Assembly: GCA_039030515.1 (NCBI GenBank)
Contig: JBCCEA010000003.1
Location: 1 to 64,000 of the forward strand
Origin: Myxococcota bacterium
Lineage (GTDB): Bacteria > Myxococcota_A > Polyangia > Polyangiales > Houyiibacteriaceae
DNA: 64,000 bases
Direction of reading: 5' to 3'
Position 1 is the first letter of the stretch, and each line of letters starts with the position of its first letter. The translations under genes and the position numbers were made by a program. Below the pieces are notes generated by a model. It saw nothing but the letters and a program-made list of their open reading frames with translations. It made no database searches and had not been told where the DNA came from. Shown here in pieces: positions 57,104-64,000 of the stretch.

Positions 57104-58108
57104 CTACACCATCGCTTCCGCGATTTGTACCGCGTTTAGAGCGGCTCCCTTGCGCAGATTGTCGGCTACCACCCACAGGAGCAATCCAGACGGGTTGCCT
57201 AGATCTGCGCGCAGCCGGCCAACGTAGACCTCGTCGCGCCCAATCACATCGAGAGGAGTTGGATAATTCCCGCCTTCGAAATCTTCCACGAAGCGAACCC
57301 CCGGAGCGTTTCGAAGCAGCTCCTGGGCGCGCTCTAGGGAAATGTGCTCGGTAGTCTCGATCGCGATCGACTCAGCGTGCCCGCACTCGACCGGGACGCG
57401 CACGCAGGTCGGAGAAACGGCGATTTCGGGATCATCCAAGATCTTGCGCGTCTCGTGCACCATCTTAAGCTCTTCTTCTTGGTAACCGGAAGCCGTATCG
57501 ACCGCCCAGTGCATCAAAAGCGAACCGGCGAGCTGCCCTTTGAGCGACGACGTCTCGACTGCCTCATTCCGAAGCAGGTCCTGCTGCTGCTGCTTAAACG
57601 CTTCGACCGCGCGCGCGCCGGAACCGCTTATCGCTTGATAGGTCGATACGATGATGCGGCGCACACGGCTCTCGCGATGTAGCGGAGCTAGTGCGACCAA
57701 CATTTGAATCGTAGAGCAGTTCGGGTTCGCGATGATCCCCTTCGGGCGTCGTCGCGTCGCTTCGAGATTGATTTCGGGAATACAGAGCGGCACATCTGGA
57801 TCCATTCGGAACGCAGACGAGTTGTCGATCACGGTGGCGCCCTTAGAGGCCGCTACCGGAGACCATCGCTGAGAGGTGCTGCTCCCTGCGGAAAACAGTG
57901 CGATATCGACGTCTTCGAACACGTTGGGTGCAATCGGCAAGACTTCTTGCTCGACTCCCCTGAAGCGAACTTTCTGACCTGCGCTTCGAATCGAAGCGAC
58001 CGGCACCAAGCTGCTCAGTCGGAACTCACGTTGCTCCAGTACCCGAAGCATTTCACGACCCACCACGCCCGTTACGCCGACGACCGCAACTTTTGGAGCT
58101 TCTGCCAT
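57104..58108 (-). CDS. asd: Aspartate-semialdehyde dehydrogenase
   Basis: VGVTGVVG, DNSSAFRM, NPNCST and DNLRKGAALNAVQI motifs. Confidence 0.96.
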   Translation of the reverse strand: MAEAPKVAVVGVTGVVGREMLRVLEQREFRLSSLVPVASIRSAGQKVRFRGVEQEVLPIAPNVFEDVDIALFSAGSSTSQRWSPVAASKGATVIDNSSAFRMDPDVPLCIPEINLEATRRRPKGIIANPNCSTIQMLVALAPLHRESRVRRIIVSTYQAISGSGARAVEAFKQQQQDLLRNEAVETSSLKGQLAGSLLMHWAVDTASGYQEEELKMVHETRKILDDPEIAVSPTCVRVPVECGHAESIAIETTEHISLERAQELLRNAPGVRFVEDFEGGNYPTPLDVIGRDEVYVGRLRADLGNPSGLLLWVVADNLRKGAALNAVQIAEAMV

Positions 58109-58200
58109 CGCGAGGTTATGGCTTGGCTCGACCAGGTCCACAAGCGACCGTTGCCGGTTGGTCGACGTTCAGGGTAGCACCTTGGTCTTTGCGAAAGGAG

Positions 58201-58632
58201 ATGGATATGCTGGCTGTGCCGGTTGCTGCAGCGGTGATTCGACGGGACGACAATACAGTGCTCTTGACCCAGCGACAGGAGGGAACACATCTCGCCGGCC
58301 GATGGGAGTTTCCTGGCGGTAAGCTGGAGTCTGGGGAATCTCCGGAGGATGCCTTGGTTCGCGAATGTCGAGAGGAGTGCGGGATCGAGGTGGCTGTGGG
58401 TGATATCGTAGATGTGACCTACCATCGTTTCCCCGAGATCGACGTTCTGCTGCTGTTTTACGATTGCCGACTTCTGTCTGGAGCGGTGAAACATGTACAG
58501 GTGGCCGACCACGCCTGGGTGGATGCAGAAGGGCTCGCTGGATATACGTTCCCCCCCTCGGACCTTCGGGTGGTGGAGAAGGTCCGTGCAATGCTCCGAG
58601 CCGGCGCGCCTTGCGCTCTAGCCGTTTCATGA
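58201..58632 (+). CDS. MutT-like Nudix hydrolase
   Basis: WEFPGGKLESGESPEDALVRECREECG Nudix box; AAAGGAG SD. Confidence 0.9.
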   Translation: MDMLAVPVAAAVIRRDDNTVLLTQRQEGTHLAGRWEFPGGKLESGESPEDALVRECREECGIEVAVGDIVDVTYHRFPEIDVLLLFYDCRLLSGAVKHVQVADHAWVDAEGLAGYTFPPSDLRVVEKVRAMLRAGAPCALAVS

Positions 58633-58650
58633 AAAAGCAACGTCTCGTCC

Positions 58651-58679
58651 TTGACGTTGTAACCGCTGACGGCTATTCT
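58651..58679 (+). promoter_or_regulatory. Sigma70 promoter for the tRNA pair
   Basis: TTGACG-N17-TATTCT followed by a GC-rich discriminator. Confidence 0.7.
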
Positions 58680-58724
58680 CTCGCCGCCGGCAAGCCGGAT
58701 CCCAGGAAGCTCAAGGTTCCTCAT

Positions 58725-58795
58725 TCGGGGATCGTCTAACGGTAGGACACGAGATTCTGGTTCTCGTTATCAAGGTTCGAATCCTTGTCCCCGAG
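58725..58795 (+). tRNA. tRNA-Gln(CTG)
   Basis: Acceptor TCGGGGA/TCCCCGA; anticodon arm CGAGA-TTCTGGT-TCTCG; T arm CAAGG-TTCGAAT-CCTTG. CCA is not encoded (CCG follows). Confidence 0.95.
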
Positions 58796-58938
58796 CCGCC
58801 GATGGTCTTAATCCATCATGCTTTTTGATAAGTCCTATTTTGAATAAGCCATCGCTTCTCGGGAAATCCATTTGCCGGTAGAAACGCGCTTGAAGCGATC
58901 CTTTTGATTTAGTTCCGAGGGGAGCAAGAAATCCAAAA

Positions 58939-59013
58939 GGCCCCATCGTCTAGTGGTTAGGACATCGGCCTCTCACGCCGGTAACGCGGGTTCGAGTCCC
59001 GCTGGGGTCACCA
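58939..59013 (+). tRNA. tRNA-Glu(CTC)
   Basis: Acceptor GGCCCCA/TGGGGTC; anticodon arm TCGGC-CTCTCAC-GCCGG; T arm GCGGG-TTCGAGT-CCCGC; encoded CCA. Confidence 0.96.
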
Positions 59014-59165
59014 GACATTCCCTTGGGCAGTGCCCAACGCCTTCGTAGTAGCTCAGATTTATCCCAGAGTTTTAGAGCTGAAGTGGGCTTAGATCACGCG
59101 GAGCGATCTCAAGTCTAGTCCCTGCTCCAGGCTATTTCAGCGAACGCTTGGCCTACGGCGGCTCT

Positions 59166-59195
59166 ATCATCAGATGTCGGGATCATCAGATGTCG
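59166..59195. repeat. 14-bp direct repeat x2 (period 16)
   Basis: ATCATCAGATGTCG at 59166-59179 and 59182-59195. Confidence 0.85.
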
Positions 59196-59241
59196 CGCTA
59201 GTTCCCCGACTCAGTCGAGCTAGCTCTCAAACTCAATCGAA

Positions 59242-59898
59242 CTAGCTCTCCGACCCAGACGTATCGTTAGACGCAGACGTATCGTTAGACTCAGATGCAT
59301 TGCTCGAGTGGGTCTCACCCTCAGCGGGCAGTTTGTCCGAACTCGAAGCACCTTGTGATGTGGCCTCCAGCGCGTGTCGGCGCTGATCGAAGTCGGTCTT
59401 GACGCGCTTGAAGGTTTCGATTCCCGCCGCGGTCAGTTCGAGGGCGCCTGCTTCGAGTAATAAATCATGCAGTTTCTTTGGCTCACTTGACCAACCTGGG
59501 GGCACTTCAAACTTCACGTTGAGCGGTACGCCCCCAAGCATTCCCTGTTCCTCAAGCGCCCAAAGAGCCTCGGCAGCCAGGAACTGACCTGCCACCCGAC
59601 GAACCTCAGAATCAAGATGGCTAGCGAGAGGAAACAGGTCGTAAAGACCGATCACCGTAGGCGCAACTCCGAGATGTTTTCGCAGTGCCCCAAAGGGAGC
59701 TGGGCCGATCGGCAGCTCCACAAGACTGAGGCCCGCGATCGATTCAGACGCAACGGATTTTCGTGCCTCTTCAAGTGCGTCGGCATGACTCATCGTAGCC
59801 GTCGCCGCTCGTGCGCCCGAGTCCAAGACGACGGTTAACACGAGAAAGGGAAGGTCGGTCGCGACAGGTTCGGCGCGCTGCTCCGCAGATTCAGTCAT
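59242..59898 (-). CDS. Hypothetical protein
   Basis: 218-aa ORF with protein-like composition and an SNDTS-repeat tail; divergent from the macrodomain gene. Confidence 0.7.
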   Translation of the reverse strand: MTESAEQRAEPVATDLPFLVLTVVLDSGARAATATMSHADALEEARKSVASESIAGLSLVELPIGPAPFGALRKHLGVAPTVIGLYDLFPLASHLDSEVRRVAGQFLAAEALWALEEQGMLGGVPLNVKFEVPPGWSSEPKKLHDLLLEAGALELTAAGIETFKRVKTDFDQRRHALEATSQGASSSDKLPAEGETHSSNASESNDTSASNDTSGSES

Positions 59899-60002
59899 GG
59901 CGGTCGCAACATTGAACGATCTCGGACCAACTGCAAGTGATGAAAGCGATTCGTGATTCCTTCATTTCTCAACCGCCGAAGGCGTGCTAAGAGCTCGGTC
60001 TC

Positions 60003-60863
60003 ATGGAGGTACAGCTTGTTCGCTCGTCGGTTTTTGATCTCCCGTCGAAACAGCGCGTTGGCGCGATCGTTCATGACGGAGCAGCCGACCTTCGCATTTG
60101 GCCCGGACCTGGATCCGACCGAGACTTAAACGAAGTCTGGGGCGGTGAGCTCCAGGAAGCGCTCGACACCGAGCGCACAAAGATGGGAGTTGAAGTCCTG
60201 GAGGTTGGAGAGATAGCTCGAATCCACCCAGGAAGATTGCATTGCGATTTTTTGGCTTGGGTTGCGACTCGAGAGCCCGAGTCGGGTACGTCCCGCAACA
60301 GTGCTCCGGATGAGGACGCGCTCAGGCAAGCAGTACTCTCGGTGCTCAGCTATGTCGCGGAACGAAGTGTAGAACGGATCGCCTTTCCGGCTCTGGGTTC
60401 AGGTCCCTCTGAGGTCAGTCCCGAAGACCGTCTGGCGGTCATCGTTCGTGCGGCTCACGAGTACGAGGAAGCTTGCTATCGAGATGGCCGTCAACCGGTC
60501 GTAGAGGTGGTTCTCGTGTGCGAGCCGAGCGCGAGCGTCTTGAAGAAGGCGCAGCAACGGGTGGCAAAATTGGCGAAGAGCGTGGAGCCACCCAAGCGAA
60601 CTGCAGAAGAAAAGAAGACGACCCGAAAGCGTGCCACGTCGCGAAAAAAGGAGCCCGCCAAACCGGTGCTCGACCCCGCGGATGTAGAACAACATCGCAC
60701 GTCAGCCGCTGCGTACAGCATGCAGTCTTCTTACATCGCCGGTGACTGGATCCTTCATAGCAAGTTCGGGGTCGGCCGCGTAGAGGGCGTCGACGGACCC
60801 AATGCGATGACCGTGCTTTTCGAAGGGGGAGATACCCGGCGCATGGTACACGGGCGCGTCTAA
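60003..60863 (+). CDS. Degenerate macrodomain fused to a PcrA/UvrD-type Tudor-like domain
   Basis: VQLV..GAIVH..GEIARIHPGRL..IAFPALGSG macro pattern; Lys-rich linker; GDWILHSKFGVGRV..MTVLF tail. Confidence 0.72.
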   Translation: MEVQLVRSSVFDLPSKQRVGAIVHDGAADLRIWPGPGSDRDLNEVWGGELQEALDTERTKMGVEVLEVGEIARIHPGRLHCDFLAWVATREPESGTSRNSAPDEDALRQAVLSVLSYVAERSVERIAFPALGSGPSEVSPEDRLAVIVRAAHEYEEACYRDGRQPVVEVVLVCEPSASVLKKAQQRVAKLAKSVEPPKRTAEEKKTTRKRATSRKKEPAKPVLDPADVEQHRTSAAAYSMQSSYIAGDWILHSKFGVGRVEGVDGPNAMTVLFEGGDTRRMVHGRV

Positions 60864-61061
60864 GAGGCGATGGGCAGGATGTTTGCCGCAGCTCCGGCCC
60901 ACGCAATCAAGCCCAGAGTCCAATGTCCTAGATTCAACGCCGCGTCGTCTGACGCGGCATATCAGGACCTATTCCTTCAGAGTGAGGCGCATCACGCCGC
61001 CACATCCAACTTCCCTTCTACGGTCTAAACAGCTCCACGGCTCAAGCACCCTGTATTGGTC

Positions 61062-61661
61062 ATGCGTCTTGCGATCCACCCCGATCACCCAGAGCCCCGC
61101 AAGATCAAACGCGCAGCGGCCCTCCTGCAGCGCGGTCAGGTGATCGCATACCCAACGGACACGACGTACGCTCTCGGTTGCGATATTTCCGATCGTAAAG
61201 CTACCGCTCGACTTCGAGAGATCAGGCGACTGGAGCAGGATAAGCTACCCACCTTTTTGTGCTCAGGGCTCCGGGAGGTATCTCAGTGGGCACGGGTGGA
61301 CGACTATGCTCATCGAATCATGCGTCGTTTCACGCCAGGGCCCTACTGTTTCATCCTTGCTGCAAATCGAGAGGTGCCCCGAACACTTCGGTCGAATCGT
61401 AAGACCGTGGGCATCCGCGTGTCGAGCGATCCAGTGGTGCGATCGTTACTCGAGGAATTGGGCGGACCTCTAGTCTCTACAAGCGCCCGAATCGATGGAG
61501 AATCCCTGAGCGATCCGGCCGAAATAGATCGCGCTTTTCCGGGGCTGGGGATGGTACTCGATGTCGACGTTCGACCTACACACCACTCAACGGTGATCGA
61601 CCTCTCTGGCGACGACGCGGAACTTCTACGCGAAGGTGCCGGTCCGGTGGAACTGGCGTAA
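61062..61661 (+). CDS. Sua5/YciO/YrdC family threonylcarbamoyl-AMP synthase-like protein
   Basis: IAYPTDTTYALGC, PGPY, TVGIRV, STSA and STVIDL..LREGAG motifs. Confidence 0.9.
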   Translation: MRLAIHPDHPEPRKIKRAAALLQRGQVIAYPTDTTYALGCDISDRKATARLREIRRLEQDKLPTFLCSGLREVSQWARVDDYAHRIMRRFTPGPYCFILAANREVPRTLRSNRKTVGIRVSSDPVVRSLLEELGGPLVSTSARIDGESLSDPAEIDRAFPGLGMVLDVDVRPTHHSTVIDLSGDDAELLREGAGPVELA

Positions 61662-62184
61662 GAAGAACACCCTGCCTTTCGTCGTCAATCCGCAGCTCGA
61701 CGATCGCCTGGCGCAGTCGCTCTGCGTTGCATGGAAGTGGAGGCCGATCGGACTGGGTACACGGGGGTAAGTTTGTAATTATGTCATTCCGAAGCAGCAA
61801 TCGATGATCCTGCTCCAAGGATGCAGGCGAGAGGTCGAACGGAAGTTCTCGTATAAAAGCGAGAAACGATGGCTCGAGTGCGGCCGCGGTCACTTCAGGC
61901 TCGATGGCGATAAAGTAGCGGTCGAACGCCTCCCAGCTACGGCAGCGATCTCGGAGATGTCGGAAGGAAACCCCAGTACCGGCTCGGGGCCGATACCCGC
62001 CTGAAGCGACGCAAAGGTCCTGATCGTCGAGCAGCACGAAACCGTAGTGAACTTCGATGTCTCGGAGCGCTCCGCTGAGCGTTTGCAGCGATGCTGCTGG
62101 ACTAATGGCCGATCGCAGTCGATCGATCGCGCTCGCTCGTTTTGTGGATGTTTCAGAAGTGCCGGCGGGATGTTTGAACCTCAT
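61576..62184 (-). CDS. Hypothetical protein
   Basis: Only long ORF filling the gap after coaBC; overlaps the 3' end of the Sua5 gene by 86 nt. Confidence 0.35.
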   Translation of the reverse strand: MRFKHPAGTSETSTKRASAIDRLRSAISPAASLQTLSGALRDIEVHYGFVLLDDQDLCVASGGYRPRAGTGVSFRHLRDRCRSWEAFDRYFIAIEPEVTAAALEPSFLAFIRELPFDLSPASLEQDHRLLLRNDIITNLPPCTQSDRPPLPCNAERLRQAIVELRIDDERQGVLLTPVPPDRHLRVEVPRRRQRGRSPLSGV

Positions 62185-62223
62185 CGAATGAACGTGCTGT
62201 GTTTTGCGCGATCTCTGCCGTGA

Positions 62224-63429
62224 TTAGGCGCTCGAGAGCGAGGTGCGCCAGCGTTCTGCAAGGGCGTCCAGGACCGATTCCGCGGCTTTTTCCTTGGTCA
62301 TGCGAGGCAGCGATACGACGTCTTGCTTGTCGATCAGGTTAAGCTGCGTAATCCCCTCTCCAAAACCGTGGCTCGTATGATTCGCCACGATGAGGTCCAT
62401 CTTTTTGCGGCGCAGTTTCTCTTTTGCTCTTTCGATCAGGTTGTGGGTCTCGAGCGCAAACCCGACAAGGAGGGGAGAAGAGCCTTTGCGAGCAGAGGAG
62501 AGTTCGATGGCGATGTCTGGATTTCGGATCAGTCGCAGGTTTAGATCGCCATCGGATTTCTTGATCTTCGTAGGGCTTGGCTCTGCAGGCCGGTAGTCTG
62601 CTACGGCCGCTGCAAGCACTACGGCATCTACTGTTTCAAATCGCGACTGCATCGCTGCCAGCATCTCGTGTGCGCTGCGGACCGGAACCGCCTCGACATC
62701 GGGCGGAGGGGTGATGTGCACTGGGCCGTGCACGAGGCAGACCGAAGCACCTCTGCGGGCCGCTGCCTTCGCGAGGGCAAAGCCCATTTTTCCGGTGGAA
62801 CGATTGCCCAGAAACCGAACCGGGTCGAGGTCCTCAAGCGTGGGGCCTGCGGAGATCAGTAGCCTGAAGCCGGTGAGATCTGCATCGTCATGTCGCGCCG
62901 GTGGTTGAAGTAGATCGAGGGCGTAACGCACGATCTCCTCCGGGTTGGCGAGCCGTCCTATCCCCACATCGCCACTTGCAAGAGGTCCCTCGACGGGTCC
63001 CACAAAATGTGCTCCTCGAGAGATGAGGGCTTGGACATTCTGCTGGGTTGCGGCGCTGAGCCACATCGTCGAATGCATCGCCGGCGCGAACAATACGGGG
63101 GAAGTCGTGCATGCGAGGGTTGCGAGCACCATGTCGTCTGCCATCCCCATCCTTGCTCGAGCGATGAGATTCTGCGTCGCAGGAACGACAAGGAACAGAT
63201 CGGCCCACTGTCCAAGAGCCACATGTTCCTCCCCGGGATGCGGGCCGTCCCACAGACTCAGTACCGTTTTACTCCCGGTGAGACCTTCAAACGTCGAGGG
63301 TCCAACGAACCGCGTTGCACTGGGGGTCATGCACACGCGGACCTCAAGGTTCCTAGACAGAAGTCCCCGGACTACCAAAGCGGATTTGTACGCAGCGATG
63401 CTGCCGCTGATGCCGACAACGACGTTCAC
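62224..63429 (-). CDS. coaBC: Phosphopantothenoylcysteine decarboxylase/ligase
   Basis: GSIAAYK, PAMH, GPTLEDLDPVRFLGNRSTGKMG, AAVADY and VGFALET motifs. Confidence 0.96.
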   Translation of the reverse strand: MNVVVGISGSIAAYKSALVVRGLLSRNLEVRVCMTPSATRFVGPSTFEGLTGSKTVLSLWDGPHPGEEHVALGQWADLFLVVPATQNLIARARMGMADDMVLATLACTTSPVLFAPAMHSTMWLSAATQQNVQALISRGAHFVGPVEGPLASGDVGIGRLANPEEIVRYALDLLQPPARHDDADLTGFRLLISAGPTLEDLDPVRFLGNRSTGKMGFALAKAAARRGASVCLVHGPVHITPPPDVEAVPVRSAHEMLAAMQSRFETVDAVVLAAAVADYRPAEPSPTKIKKSDGDLNLRLIRNPDIAIELSSARKGSSPLLVGFALETHNLIERAKEKLRRKKMDLIVANHTSHGFGEGITQLNLIDKQDVVSLPRMTKEKAAESVLDALAERWRTSLSSA

Positions 63430-63476
63430 CCGCCGTGGTGTGGCCTTTTTCTGGGCGGTCGTCGAGGTGGAGTACG

Positions 63477-63998
63477 CTACTGGTTTTGTTCTACGGAATT
63501 TTCGGGGTCCGACGCGCCGGTGGACGGCACTTCGGTTTGCTGAAGAGCTGCCTCAGAGATGCCCGGCATCCCCTCTTGAATCGTCCACCCGTAGTAACCG
63601 GTTTTACCAGCGCGTCGCACGGTTTGAACGCTGCCCTCTGGTGGGCCCTGGGTGACCGTCAAGAACTGATCGGCGATGTATTCGCGGTGCGTGTCGCCTT
63701 TTGGTGCCGTGTACCCTTCCGGAGGTGGCTCTCCCGTACCGATGTTCCATACCTGCGTCGTCGCGGGGTAGGTGTCTTCGCTGGCCTGTCGCCTGGCTTG
63801 ATTGAGTGTTAGGTCGCGCACGATCCTCCACGTTCGGACCGTGAATCCAGGCACGCCTCGCTGGGCGAGCACGCGGGTACCGAGCGGCAGGTCGGAGCGC
63901 TGCACCTCTCGCTCTTCAAATGCACTCCATCGATCGATTCGACGAACGAAGCTGACCATACGCCTCGATCCGCTTCCCCATACCTCGCTGCGTACGAT
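63477..63998 (-). CDS. 3' part of a probable VanW/G5-domain protein (runs off the window edge)
   Basis: Frame is open to the window edge (IVRSEVWG...); G5-like pattern LPLGTRVLAQRGVPGF...DTYPATTQVWNIGT. Confidence 0.6.
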   Translation of the reverse strand: MVRSEVWGSGSRRMVSFVRRIDRWSAFEEREVQRSDLPLGTRVLAQRGVPGFTVRTWRIVRDLTLNQARRQASEDTYPATTQVWNIGTGEPPPEGYTAPKGDTHREYIADQFLTVTQGPPEGSVQTVRRAGKTGYYGWTIQEGMPGISEAALQQTEVPSTGASDPENSVEQNQ

Positions 63999-64000
63999 CC

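Noticed and set aside
58725..59241. tRNA-anchored genomic island
   Set aside because: No integrase and no duplicated tRNA 3' end; downstream genes resume core functions (Sua5 family, coaBC).

Overview
This is a GC-rich bacterial chromosome segment. The MYXO-CTERM protein, AgmK-like giant TPR protein, DUF4388/PATAN signalling protein and many lipoproteins point to Myxococcota, probably Polyangia-like (inference). Most of it is core genome: xerD, icd-mdh-sucCD-ndk, rlmN, dapD, queG, obgE, rpmF-fabH-fabG-acpP-fabF-rpiB, HMG-CoA lyase, a class IV aminotransferase, truA, asd, a Nudix hydrolase, tRNA-Gln/tRNA-Glu, a Sua5/YrdC protein and coaBC. Lineage-specific envelope and signalling genes are interleaved. 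I found no CRISPR array, IS element, prophage or recognisable defence island, and I cannot claim a complete new system. The best leads are: a tiny basic ribosomal-protein-like gene with its own sigma70-like promoter; a degenerate macrodomain fused to a PcrA/UvrD-type Tudor domain; a membrane-anchored Hpt-REC-REC-PATAN protein without a kinase; an 11.2 kb TPR gene with a hierarchical ~76-aa repeat; a MYXO-CTERM protein paired with a beta-barrel; a four-His membrane protein; a mucin-like repeat lipoprotein paired with a TonB-like protein; several apparent pseudo-enzymes; and a recurring leaderless-promoter pattern. All family assignments come from motif recognition by eye, not database searches.
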